Shown: positions 8,781 to 17,990, counted from the first letter of the stretch. The stretch is 64,000 nucleotides of DNA from Verrucomicrobiia bacterium (GCA_041395165.1 JAWLBA010000001.1:4925-68924); one strand, 5' to 3'. Notes: a model not told the origin generated them from the sequence alone. Numbers and translations: made by a program.

Positions 8781-9386
8781 TTGGTGGGTGTTCAAATCGG
8801 AGCTACTAAGGATGTTTGGGGGTCAGAAAAAGTAGGAAATTTAGAGATTAGAGGAACGCTTGAGTTTCGCGAAAAAATTAAGCAAGCCATAGCAAATGGA
8901 GTAAAACGCCTGAATTTAAAGAGGTGTTTGAGAAAGTTAAAAATCTGCGAACATTTCAATGCGATTGAAGAAGTCCGAGACAAACATAGTGAGGCAGCAC
9001 CCAACCCTAAAGACCCTGATAGTTGGCTTGACTCTATGAATGGTAAAGGGACTAAAGCGGTGATAAGAATTAATTTAGATGATGCTGATAAAGGCCCCGT
9101 GGATGATAGAGGTTGTAAAAAATCCTCTATAGAAGCTGTTTTAGGCCACGAATTGGGTCATGCAGTTGACTTAAACGAGGGCAAGAATGACTATAAGCCT
9201 TATGGGAAAATTCCTCCCGGTGAAAAGACTGCAATGAGAGTTGAAAATGCAATTCGAAGGGATCAAGATCTTGTTCCTCGTTCGGATTATAATATTGATC
9301 CCTCAACGACGTCAGAAGCGCCAGGTTGCAGGCCTCCTCCACAAGATATAACGCCGCCTCCAAGAGGGCCTGTTATGAGCCCTTAG
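8781..9386 (+). CDS. small protein with an HExxH zinc-metallopeptidase motif (AVLGHELGHAVD); probable N-terminal extension from 8708 in another frame
   Basis: The 201-aa ORF has a TTG start, a single HELGH motif and a Pro-rich C-terminus. Upstream ATG 8708 opens MGVLKKNGVDVQESKENPVWAMLAIGG in a different frame that ends just where this ORF begins. A 9-A homopolymer lies at 8719..8727. Confidence 0.5.
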   Translation: MVGVQIGATKDVWGSEKVGNLEIRGTLEFREKIKQAIANGVKRLNLKRCLRKLKICEHFNAIEEVRDKHSEAAPNPKDPDSWLDSMNGKGTKAVIRINLDDADKGPVDDRGCKKSSIEAVLGHELGHAVDLNEGKNDYKPYGKIPPGEKTAMRVENAIRRDQDLVPRSDYNIDPSTTSEAPGCRPPPQDITPPPRGPVMSP

Positions 9387-9955
9387 ATAGTTTGGTGTCT
9401 AATTTGTAAGATTAGAATTCCTGTTTCACCATAATTTTTTTGGCGTAGAATTTCAAAAGGAACCAATTTTTTGGGCGATAAAGCCGTGAAATATTCCAAA
9501 ATAAACCATCCTTCGGGCGCTAACCAGGGTGCAATGGCATGGAATAAGTTTTGATGAAATTGTTCGGCCTCATCAGCTTGTTTCATATTTTTTTGATAAG
9601 GTGGAGTAGCAAAAATAAGTGAGTAAGGAGTGGGTGAATTTTTTAGAAAAGTGAAAACGTCTTGTTGCACGATTTGCGCCTGTTCTTGAAATTTGGTATG
9701 TATTAAATTTTGCTTAAGAAAATTGGCAATTTGACGATCGCGTTCGACAAAGGTGATCGATTTTGCTCCACGACTTAATGCTTCGATCCCTAGCGAGCCT
9801 ACGCCACTAAAAAGATCGAGAATTTTAACATCAAAAATTTTATCGCCGAGCATGGAAAAGAGCGCGCCTTTCACCTTGTCTTGAATGGGGCGCAAAAGAG
9901 GCGATTTAGGCGCTTTGAGTTGCAAGCCGCCGGCGGTTCCAGAAATTACGCGCAT
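9383..9955 (-). CDS. rsmD: 16S rRNA (guanine966-N2)-methyltransferase RsmD
   Basis: 190-aa ORF with RVISGTAGG...LDLFSGVGSLGIEALSRGA...ATPPY motifs of RsmD-type SAM methyltransferases. RsmD is usually adjacent to coaD, which here lies 6 kb away. Confidence 0.85.
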   Translation of the reverse strand: MRVISGTAGGLQLKAPKSPLLRPIQDKVKGALFSMLGDKIFDVKILDLFSGVGSLGIEALSRGAKSITFVERDRQIANFLKQNLIHTKFQEQAQIVQQDVFTFLKNSPTPYSLIFATPPYQKNMKQADEAEQFHQNLFHAIAPWLAPEGWFILEYFTALSPKKLVPFEILRQKNYGETGILILQIRHQTI

Positions 9956-9977
9956 AAGTTTTTGAAATAGTGTAACC

Positions 9978-9983
9978 TTGACA
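9978..9983 (+). promoter_or_regulatory. sigma70-like promoter TTGACAAGAAG-N12-TTTAGT upstream of secreted paralog A
   Basis: ccTTGACAagaaggaaagtttattcTTTAGTg at 9976..10007. Nearly the same TTGACAAGAAG...TTAGTA arrangement is at 12169. Confidence 0.3.
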
Positions 9984-10026
9984 AGAAGGAAAGTTTATTC
10001 TTTAGTGAAAGTTTAAGAAAAATTTT

Positions 10027-11052
10027 ATGTTAAAACAAATCTTAGTTGCGTGCTTAACCTTTACTTTCATTTCCGGTTTACTAGCCGATTCGGTGGTTTT
10101 AAATCCAGTTAAGGATAACGCGATTTACGAGGAGGGCGATTTGAGCAATGGCGCGGGTGATCATCTTTTTGCCGGACAAAATAATAATGGTAACAACCGC
10201 CGATCTTTTTTGGCTTTTACTTTTAACGCCCTTCCAACCAATGCCATTGTTACGAATGTTGTTTTGCAAATGACGAATTCGTTGAGTGCTCCGGGAAGTG
10301 GAGGACGCAATATTGCCTTGCATCGTTTGACGGGTGATTGGGGTGAGGGAACTTCCGACGCGCTGAATGCTGAAGGACAAGGAGCTGCTGCTGCGATGGG
10401 TGATGTGACTTGGACTAATGCCTTTTTTGGCGGTGCGCTTTGGACTACACCGGGTGGCGATTTTGTTGTGGCGCCTAGTGCGGTAGCATTAGTGAATTTG
10501 GAAGGCAATTATAGTTGGAGTTCGGTTGGGTTGGTAAATGATGTTAATTTTTGGCTAACTAATGGCAGCGCAAATTTCGGTTGGATTGTGATCGGTGACG
10601 AAAGCGCGACTCAAACTGCAAAACGTTTTGATAGTCGCACCAGTGGTAATCCGCCGGTTTTAACCATTGGATTTACGACAAATGCGAATGAAGTGGTGAA
10701 TCCTATTTTATCGGGTGTCACATTTGAAAAATTGAGACCCAAAACCGGAAAGCGACGTAATTTTGTGGCCTCGAAAGGCATCAAGGTAAAAGGTCGCGTT
10801 ATTACGACCAATACGATTACAGCGGGCACCGCATTTTTACAATTTGGCGCAAGTAACCAGACGGCTCCCGTTTCGTTGACCTTTAAAGATTTAAAGCAAA
10901 AAGGTGTTCTTGTGGGCAAAAAATTCAAAGCCAAAGGTGTCGGAGTTGGTTCGCCAGCCGGTGAGACGGCTTATGATGTGGTCATTACAGTTGGCAACGG
11001 ATTCGCCAATGCTTCGGTGACCAATACCATTGGGCTTTCTAAGATCAAATAA
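10027..11052 (+). CDS. secreted beta-rich protein, tandem paralog A (341 aa, signal peptide)
   Basis: N-terminal hydrophobic signal MLKQILVACLTFTFISGLLA. Conserved blocks NALHRLTGDWGEG, VTWTNAF, TPGGDF and GWIVIGDE are shared with the next gene. Confidence 0.75.
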   Translation: MLKQILVACLTFTFISGLLADSVVLNPVKDNAIYEEGDLSNGAGDHLFAGQNNNGNNRRSFLAFTFNALPTNAIVTNVVLQMTNSLSAPGSGGRNIALHRLTGDWGEGTSDALNAEGQGAAAAMGDVTWTNAFFGGALWTTPGGDFVVAPSAVALVNLEGNYSWSSVGLVNDVNFWLTNGSANFGWIVIGDESATQTAKRFDSRTSGNPPVLTIGFTTNANEVVNPILSGVTFEKLRPKTGKRRNFVASKGIKVKGRVITTNTITAGTAFLQFGASNQTAPVSLTFKDLKQKGVLVGKKFKAKGVGVGSPAGETAYDVVITVGNGFANASVTNTIGLSKIK

Positions 11053-11097
11053 TTTTTTCGTCGACGCGAAGAGGAATTTCGCTAGAAAAGCAAAGTT

Positions 11098-12096
11098 ATG
11101 AAAAGAATTTTGCTAGCAGTTAGCCTATTGATTCCTACTTTATTTTTGCAGGCCGCCACGTTGGATTTAGTTCCCACAAAAGACACCACGATTTATCAAG
11201 ATGGTGAATTAAGTAATGGCGGAGGAAGCCGATTAATTATTGGAGCGGATGGCATGCAAAGTCCGAGGCGCTCTCTGTTACAGTTCGATTTTAGCGCGAT
11301 CCCTGTTGATGCAGTCATTACGAATGCTGCCTTGAGACTGGATTGTGTGAGTGTGAATATGGTTGGACCGCGAGTGGCTAATTTGCATCGCTTGACACAG
11401 GCTTGGGGCGAAGGCATTGCCGTGGCAGTGGATCCGCAAATTAACGGTTCCCCCGCCAACAATGGAGATGCGACTTGGACCAATGCTTTTGTGGGGTCGG
11501 TGGCTTGGTTGAATCCGGGAGGCGATTTTGTTCAGGCGCCGAGCGCGACGGTGAATGTGGATGATGTGGGCGCTTATGTTTGGAATTCAGCTCAACTGTT
11601 AGCAGATGTGAAAACGTGGGTGACGAATGCGACAGCGAATCAAGGATGGATTGTTATCGGTGACGAAACAGCAGCCAATACTATTAAAAGTTTTGCCAGT
11701 CGTTCTTCGACTAATTCGCCTGTATTAACCGTTGGTTTTTCTACGAATGTGATTTTATCAGGCGTTACCTTTGAAAAATTGCGTCCGAAAACGGGTAAGA
11801 AAAAGAATTTTCGATCCTCCCGTGGCATTGTTGCTAAGGGGCGCGTGATTACCACAAATCAGTTGGATGGCGGTTTTGCGTTTCTGGTGATGGGTTCCAA
11901 TCAACCGCGCATGTGCCTTTTTCTAAATTCAAAGATTTGAAGAGGAAAGGCAAAGTGGTGGGCAAAAAATAAAGGCGAAAAAGTAGGGGCAGGTGTCTGG
12001 AAAGGTAAAATCGCTTATCAAGTGGTTTACGTTGTGACCAATAGTATTGGAAGTGCGTCGGTCACTAATACTTTAGCCACTTCGAAGATTAAATAA
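11098..12096 (+). pseudogene. secreted beta-rich protein, tandem paralog B; 3' end disrupted by two +1 frame changes
   Basis: ORF 11098..11940 ends ...AFLVMGSNQPRMCLFLNSKI*. Frame +1 continues HVPFSKFKDLKRKGKVVGKK*. A further +1 frame gives KGEKVGAGVWKGKIAYQVVYVVTNSIGSASVTNTLATSKIK* (to 12096). This is collinear with the paralog A C-terminus ...SLTFKDLKQKGVLVGKKFKAKGVGVG...VTNTIGLSKIK. Confidence 0.65.
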
Positions 12097-12168
12097 TTTT
12101 TAGAACCTAAAGCAGTAAATGCGTCTAGGCATAAGGTGTAAAAATTAAATTTATTTTTTCAAAACAAT

Positions 12169-12174
12169 TTGACA
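12169..12174 (+). promoter_or_regulatory. sigma70-like promoter TTGACAAGAAG-N12-TTAGTA inside an AAAACAATTTGACAAG motif
   Basis: Sequence at 12161..12200. Lies about 55 nt upstream of an ATG at 12230 that opens a degraded N-terminal region of the 12390 gene. Confidence 0.3.
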
Positions 12175-12389
12175 AGAAGCATTTTCTGAATTTAGTAACC
12201 CAATTATTTATTGTTTTGATTGAATTATGGCTGTAGGTTGTTCGTGGTGTTTTTCGTCGTGCTAGGCGTTATTTTTTGGGAGTTTCTCTCTCTGATGCTG
12301 TAGAAGATGCTATTAAATTGAAAATCAAAGTGATTAACAAAAAAATTTGATGATATACATCAAGAAATTGATAAAAAATTGAAAAAAAT

Positions 12390-13205
12390 TTGGGTGAAAG
12401 ACCTCTTTGGGATGAAAGCAGAGATTCTACTACAATCATTTTAAGGCCTCATAATAAGTTTATTAAAGACGTTGAAACAATCAAGCTCACAACGGGAAAA
12501 CATTTGTTGGAAGTAAAAGAGATAGAAACGTATTTGCAGTATTTGGCTAAACAATTGAATGAATCAGGAGGTGCTAGTGCAAAGGAAGCGAAAAAGCTTT
12601 TAGCAAAAGTGGCTGAATTGCGTAAACACGCAGAAAAAGCTGATCAATCGGCTAAAAGAGCTTTCGATATTGCCAGCAACCATGGTCAACGTTCTCAAGT
12701 AGTCAGTATTGTAGCACTTGGTGAGGCAAAAGATCATATAGCACAAGCCCAATCCATTATGTCCCAAATTTCAAATGATCCTTCTTTGAGAAATGCTATA
12801 TTGGCAGGGGCTGCTGCAAGCTATAGTCCAGGCACTTTAGAAGTGGTGACAGATGGGGTTTTGGATGCGATTGATTATGGCTTGGAAACCGCGGATGCTG
12901 TGGAATGTCTTTCTACGTTAGGAGTGAGTTGTGCGGTAGATGCCGGATTGGAGTATGCTTTGGATAAAGCGATTGAAGTTGCTGCCCCCGTTGTAGAGCC
13001 TATTGCTAGCGAAGTGATGGACCGAGGAGGTCAGGGCATGGCAACAGTTGTCGGAGGTGCTAGTGCGTTAGTCAATAAAGCAAGTAAACAACTTAACGAA
13101 AAGGTGGGAACGAAGTTGGAAGCGGCGTTTCAAGTTCCTCAGAAAGCGGCTTACAACGTTGCGGAGCGTGCCACTGGTGGGTTGTGGCCAAGTTTTTCAC
13201 CTTAA
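12390..13205 (+). CDS. distant member of the minus-strand paralog family (C-module VECLSTLGVSCAVD...NEKVGTKLEAAF...GGLWPSFSP); N-terminus probably degraded upstream (12228..12389)
   Basis: 271-aa ORF with TTG start. Alignable to P2 and P3 in the C-module (AETVECLGGYNPFC / ADAVECLSTLGVSC; GEKAGAKLQEAF / NEKVGTKLEAAF). Upstream, three short coiled-coil-like ORF fragments lie in different frames. Confidence 0.55.
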   Translation: MGERPLWDESRDSTTIILRPHNKFIKDVETIKLTTGKHLLEVKEIETYLQYLAKQLNESGGASAKEAKKLLAKVAELRKHAEKADQSAKRAFDIASNHGQRSQVVSIVALGEAKDHIAQAQSIMSQISNDPSLRNAILAGAAASYSPGTLEVVTDGVLDAIDYGLETADAVECLSTLGVSCAVDAGLEYALDKAIEVAAPVVEPIASEVMDRGGQGMATVVGGASALVNKASKQLNEKVGTKLEAAFQVPQKAAYNVAERATGGLWPSFSP

Positions 13206-13284
13206 CAGTAAGGGTGGAGCTGGAGTTCCTGAAACATTTTCAAGGCTTGCCAAATTGCTTTGTGATGCGCTTTGATAGCGTGTT

Positions 13285-14361
13285 ATGCGCGAAGCCTCTT
13301 TAAATTTTCTTCAAACGTTATTGGAAACTCCATCGCCTTCGGGTTTTGAAACGAAAGGGCAACGGGTTTGGTTGGATTATGTTTCAAAATTCGCTGATGA
13401 GGTGGAAACCGATAGTTATGGCAACTGTTTTGCGATTTTGAATCCGAAAGGAACGCCGAAGGTTTTGTTAGGTGGTCATAGTGATGAGTTGGGGTTTATG
13501 GTGAATTATATTTCGGATGCGGGATTTATTTATTTTAAAGGAATTGGTGGAGTGGATAATACGTTGATTCGCGGTCAACGTGTCACGGTGCATGGTCGCA
13601 AAGGGTCTGTGGCGGGTGTGACGGGTTTATTGGCGATTCATTTGCAAGAGTCGGATGATCGAAAGAAGGTGCCAGGTATTCATGAGATGTATATTGATAT
13701 CGGAGCAAATTCAAAAAAAGAGGCGGAGGCCCTCGTGCAAGTGGGTGATGCGATTACTTATAGCGCAGGGTTTCAATTTTTGGGAAAAGAAAAAAATCGT
13801 ATTGCGGCTCGCGGTTGCGATAATCGAATTGGCACTTTTGCTGCTGCGGAGGGTTTGCGGCTGGCATTTGAGAATCGTAAAAATTTGAAAGCGTGTGTGG
13901 TGGCAGCTTCAACCATTCAGGAAGAAAATGGTCTTTATGGTGCGAGCATGGCGGGCTATCGGGTGAAACCGGATGTGGCATTGGTGGTGGATGTGACGCA
14001 TGCCACGGATATTCCCTCCTGTTCCAAAGAAAAATTTGGCGATGTTAAGCTGGGTAAAGGGCCTGTAATAAGTTTTGGAAGTGCGAATCATCCGGTGATT
14101 AATGAGCGTTTAGAAAAAGTTGCCGCTCAACATAAGATTGCATTACAGCGAGAAATTAATCCTAGATGGACGGGCACCGATGCTGATGCGATCTTTATTC
14201 AACACGGTGGTATTCCAACAACGAGTATTGGGTTGCCGAATCGTTACATGCACTCTCCGGTAGAAGTGATTGAACTGAGTGATTTGGAAGCGGTCGGTAA
14301 TTTATTGGGACATTTTGTTTTGGACTTGAAATCAGATGAAACGTTCCAAGTTAAAATATAA
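13285..14361 (+). CDS. M42 family metallopeptidase (FrvX / glutamyl aminopeptidase-like)
   Basis: 358-aa ORF with GGHSDELG, CDNRIG and the other M42 hallmark motifs. Confidence 0.85.
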   Translation: MREASLNFLQTLLETPSPSGFETKGQRVWLDYVSKFADEVETDSYGNCFAILNPKGTPKVLLGGHSDELGFMVNYISDAGFIYFKGIGGVDNTLIRGQRVTVHGRKGSVAGVTGLLAIHLQESDDRKKVPGIHEMYIDIGANSKKEAEALVQVGDAITYSAGFQFLGKEKNRIAARGCDNRIGTFAAAEGLRLAFENRKNLKACVVAASTIQEENGLYGASMAGYRVKPDVALVVDVTHATDIPSCSKEKFGDVKLGKGPVISFGSANHPVINERLEKVAAQHKIALQREINPRWTGTDADAIFIQHGGIPTTSIGLPNRYMHSPVEVIELSDLEAVGNLLGHFVLDLKSDETFQVKI

Positions 14362-14366
14362 AGGAA

Positions 14367-14750
14367 ATGATGATCACAAAATTTTTGCACACTCGTTATC
14401 GCGTGAGCGATTTGGAAAAAACGATAAACTTTTATCGCGATGTTTTGGGTTTGAAAGAAGTGTCTCGTCACGAATCGCCGCGTGGTTCTAAATTGGTTTT
14501 TTTTGCCGTGCCCAATAGCGAAGAGCAGATCGAAATTTCTTATTATCCGCCGAGCGGTCCGGTGCAGGTGCAAGCGGATTTAACGCATCTGGCGTTTGAG
14601 GTGGAGGATTTGAATGCTTTTTCAAAAGTGCTAGAGAAAAAGGGTTATCCTTTAAGCGATGGACCCACGGAAACTTCGTCGGGTAATCTCATTGCTTTTA
14701 TTGATGCGCCGGAAGGATATGAAATTGAATTGATTCAACGAAAAAAATAA
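14367..14750 (+). CDS. VOC family protein (glyoxalase I-like)
   Basis: 127-aa ORF of typical glyoxalase / bleomycin-resistance fold size, with the HxxxxV...E pattern. Confidence 0.75.
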   Translation: MMITKFLHTRYRVSDLEKTINFYRDVLGLKEVSRHESPRGSKLVFFAVPNSEEQIEISYYPPSGPVQVQADLTHLAFEVEDLNAFSKVLEKKGYPLSDGPTETSSGNLIAFIDAPEGYEIELIQRKK

Positions 14751-14763
14751 TATCTTAAAAATC

Positions 14764-15432
14764 ATGGCTCGACCCACCCTCATAGCTCCTTCGATTTTAG
14801 CAGGGAACATGGCGCACTTAGGCGCGGAGGCTAAACGTGCCGAGCTGGCGGGCGCGAATTGGTTGCACGTGGATATTATGGATGGCCATTTTGTGCCGAA
14901 TTTGACGTTTGGCCCGGCAACGGTGGCGGCATTAAAGCGCGAGACGCAGTTGCCTTTGGATGTTCATTTGATGCTGATGCGGCCTGATCTATATGCAGCA
15001 GCTTTTTTAAAGGCTGGTGCGGATATTTTAACGGTGCATGTGGAGGCGGAGCATGAGATCGAAAGAACATTGTCTTTTATTCGTGAAAAGGGGGCGCGCT
15101 GCGGATTAGCCTTGAATCCAGGAACTCCTTTGGATGAGGTGAAACCTTATCTGCAACAGATCGATTTATTATTATGCATGACGGTAAATCCAGGTTTTGG
15201 TGGGCAAAGCTTAATCACAGAAGTGTTTCAGAAAACAAAACAAGCCCAACAATGGCGTGATGAGATGGGATTAGATTTTGAAATCGAGGTAGATGGGGGT
15301 GTGAATTTAGAGAATGCTTCGGAATGCGTTGCTCAAGGTGCGAATGTTTTAGTAGCGGGCACTTCACTCTTTGGAGCAGAAGATATGGCCGAAGCCATTG
15401 CAAGGATGGCTAAATGTAGTCATGTGGGATGA
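14764..15432 (+). CDS. rpe: ribulose-phosphate 3-epimerase
   Basis: 222-aa ORF with PSILAGN, HVDIMDGHFVPN and VDGG motifs. Confidence 0.9.
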   Translation: MARPTLIAPSILAGNMAHLGAEAKRAELAGANWLHVDIMDGHFVPNLTFGPATVAALKRETQLPLDVHLMLMRPDLYAAAFLKAGADILTVHVEAEHEIERTLSFIREKGARCGLALNPGTPLDEVKPYLQQIDLLLCMTVNPGFGGQSLITEVFQKTKQAQQWRDEMGLDFEIEVDGGVNLENASECVAQGANVLVAGTSLFGAEDMAEAIARMAKCSHVG

Positions 15433-15447
15433 TTTTTTACTTAAAAT

Positions 15448-15453
15448 TTGACA
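15448..15453 (+). promoter_or_regulatory. sigma70-like -35 TTGACA in an AAAATTTGACAA motif, 62 nt upstream of the 15515 start
   Basis: ttaAAAATTTGACAAttattttttgtggaatttattg at 15441..15476. The same 12-mer occurs at 17907..17918. Confidence 0.35.
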
Positions 15454-15514
15454 ATTATTTTTTGTGGAATTTATTGTTGGGAGTAATATTTTTTATCTAA
15501 AGGAATAGACAATA

Positions 15515-17854
15515 ATGAGTGGTTTAGCGACTGGAGCGAGAGTGGTTCGTGGGGTGGGTATTGTTGCGGGTGCTACGAGTCGCGTGAGTCGAGCAAAAAG
15601 ATCATTAGATTTAGTCTTAAGGCGCATGGTGGATGCGGAAGCTCGAGTAACAAGCGCCAGAATTGCGTTGGCTGGTGTTGATGGCGCAACTTCTACTGGC
15701 GCTGGCTATCTTGCTAGACAGCGAGTTGCGGTTGCTTTGGCCAGACGGAATTATTCGAATGTAGCAAAGCGTGGTGCTGTGGCAGCGGAGCGCTTTGCAG
15801 AGGCTAAAGAAGCAGAAGCGCTTCGCTTAGCGGAAGCAGCTCGGACAGCTCATCGAACGGGAGCGCCTAGTGATGTTATAGCTCGTTTGGACTGTATTGA
15901 AGGGGAAAGAGTAGCCCATGAAAAAGTGGTTAATGCAAGGGAGACAGTGGACAGGGCTCATGGTGATTGGTCAGTAAAAAATAACAGTCCAACTGCTGTT
16001 GGGGAGCGTGAAAAGGCTCAAAAAATTTTGGAAAAAGCGGAACGTGATCTTGCAGAAGCAGAGGCTGATTTCGAAATGAAACGTGCTTTAGCGAAACAAG
16101 CTCGTCAGCGGCGTTTGGCCTCAGTTCAAGGACGTCGTATTTCAGAAGATTTCGGTATAGCTGAGCCTGCTAATATTTTTGAGAGCGCAGAAGCCGCGGC
16201 AGTTGAGGCTGAGGAAGCTAGAAAAATGGCTGATCAATTATTTCGTGAGTCAAGAAGTGCTGAAGCAGCGGTAATAATCGCAGAAAAAGGAATTTTTGAT
16301 GATTTAGAAGCAGGCGTAATCGAAGGTGTGCTTGGGAGAGCTACTGCTGGTGATGCGGTGGCGCAGCAAGAAGTGAAGCAAATTGCAGGCATCGCGAGGC
16401 GCGAAGCAGATAGATTAGTTGCTGAGGCTGATATGCTTCAAGAGAGTCTATTAAGGGCTGAAGCAAATGCTGAACAAGTAACCGCTGACTATAACAGATT
16501 AAAAGAAGCTGTTGAAGGATACGAAGCTACTGCGAATTCTACAGGTGAAATACCAACCGATATTAATCAATTCATTGCGCAAGCGGAGGTAGCTAAAGAG
16601 GCAGCGGATCAAGCTGCATTTTATCAACTTCAACTCGGAATGAGTGAGGTGTTAGATGAAAAAGCAACATTGGAATTATTTAATGCCCGTATTGCGTTGT
16701 CTAATGCTCAAACAAGAGCTGCACGGGCCATTGGGGTTGCTGCTCGGGCTGAATATGTTTCAGCTAGCACGGGAGCAACTTTAGAAGAAGTGAATCAAGC
16801 CATGGGACGTTTGTCTAGAGCTCGCTCGGCCCTTAAAAGAGCACGTTTTCAAGCTGATGAAGCTGCTACAAAAGCAAAAAATTTAGATGATTGGGCAGCT
16901 AGGCCTGGAGCTACCGAGGCAGATCGTGCAGCAGCCCATGAAGCCAAACAAAAAGCGGGTCAAGCGGCTGAAGCGGCTGGGTTAGCCAAGTTTCAATACG
17001 ATATGGAACGTCGCGTTGCTAGGGGTTTGACCATTGCGGCAGGTGTAGCAGCTAGCTATTCTATTCCAACAGATGCTGAGGCATTAGTGGAGGATGCTCA
17101 ATTTGAGTTTAGGGATGCGAGTGTAAAAGCTCGGCTTGCAAACGAGAAGTTTTCAAAAGTAAAGGGATCGGCAGCTTCGGGTGGATCGGTCGATTATGGC
17201 ATGGCGATGGAAGAGGCGAAAAAGGCTTCTGAAGAAGCTCAGAGAGCCAGGAATGCTTATGTTCAGGCGCGCGTGACCGAGCAACGTCGTAAAGAACTTG
17301 GTGAATGGGCTGACACTTATTCTGAGGATGTGCCAAGTGAAGAAGGAGTTTCAGTTTTAGATGGAGAAAGTGGTGCTTCTACAGATTTTTCCGCTGGAAC
17401 TTTGGATCAGGTAAGTCTTGATGGCACAGGTTTGGTAGCTTTAGGACAGCTGATTTATGAAGTGCCTGGTCTTGTGCAAGCAACTGGCGAAGGTTTGAAC
17501 GAGTTGAGTAATGGTATAAAAGAAGAACTGCTAAAACGAGAAGTGGCTTATTACAATTTTAAAACAGCCCGAAAAGTTGAGGATGATATCGAGATTGAAG
17601 AAAGCAGTGTGCATCCCTCTCCTGTTGTTGTTCCTAATCAAGAGGAGCCTTTGGATCGAAGAACGCTTTTGGCTGAAGCTGGAAGTAAAAAAGATTTGGG
17701 TCAAAAAGATAACAGTAGAGTATGGACGGCAATTGAGGAGGCGAACCAATCGGTAGATTCTTCTCTTGAAAACAATATGTGCTCAGCCGATGAACCCAAT
17801 ATGAGTGTTGATCCTTCTTTGCAACCGCAATTATCCATGGCTCCTAAGGTATAA
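15515..17854 (+). CDS. large Ala/Glu/Arg-rich coiled-coil protein (779 aa), family 2, C-terminal tail ...NMSVDPSLQPQLSMAPKV
   Basis: Long low-complexity helical ORF. The C-terminal 60 aa align with the C-terminus of the 18864..20435 ORF. Confidence 0.75.
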   Translation: MSGLATGARVVRGVGIVAGATSRVSRAKRSLDLVLRRMVDAEARVTSARIALAGVDGATSTGAGYLARQRVAVALARRNYSNVAKRGAVAAERFAEAKEAEALRLAEAARTAHRTGAPSDVIARLDCIEGERVAHEKVVNARETVDRAHGDWSVKNNSPTAVGEREKAQKILEKAERDLAEAEADFEMKRALAKQARQRRLASVQGRRISEDFGIAEPANIFESAEAAAVEAEEARKMADQLFRESRSAEAAVIIAEKGIFDDLEAGVIEGVLGRATAGDAVAQQEVKQIAGIARREADRLVAEADMLQESLLRAEANAEQVTADYNRLKEAVEGYEATANSTGEIPTDINQFIAQAEVAKEAADQAAFYQLQLGMSEVLDEKATLELFNARIALSNAQTRAARAIGVAARAEYVSASTGATLEEVNQAMGRLSRARSALKRARFQADEAATKAKNLDDWAARPGATEADRAAAHEAKQKAGQAAEAAGLAKFQYDMERRVARGLTIAAGVAASYSIPTDAEALVEDAQFEFRDASVKARLANEKFSKVKGSAASGGSVDYGMAMEEAKKASEEAQRARNAYVQARVTEQRRKELGEWADTYSEDVPSEEGVSVLDGESGASTDFSAGTLDQVSLDGTGLVALGQLIYEVPGLVQATGEGLNELSNGIKEELLKREVAYYNFKTARKVEDDIEIEESSVHPSPVVVPNQEEPLDRRTLLAEAGSKKDLGQKDNSRVWTAIEEANQSVDSSLENNMCSADEPNMSVDPSLQPQLSMAPKV

Positions 17855-17911
17855 TAAATAGTTGTAACGCAGTAATCTTTATTTGTCCCAGAGGCATTTT
17901 ATTTTTAAAAT

Positions 17912-17917
17912 TTGACA
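17912..17917 (+). promoter_or_regulatory. sigma70-like -35 TTGACA in AAAATTTGACAA; a TATATAAT lies at 17944..17951; 74 nt upstream of the 17991 start
   Basis: Identical 12-mer to the one at 15444..15455. Confidence 0.35.
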
Positions 17918-17990
17918 AAGATTTTTTATGAGTTTTATTGCTTTATATAATAAGGAAACTATTTTGTCTTAAATTGGAAGGATAAATCTA

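Noticed and set aside
9127-9363. 78-aa minus-strand ORF overlapping the HExxH gene.
   Set aside because: It is antisense to a better-supported plus-strand ORF that carries a recognisable motif, and has no features of its own.
17855-17990. Possible rho-independent terminator after the 779-aa gene (cccagaggc).
   Set aside because: The putative stem is not self-complementary (cccagagg against cctctggg is not present), and no T-tract follows. The region is better explained as the promoter of the next gene.
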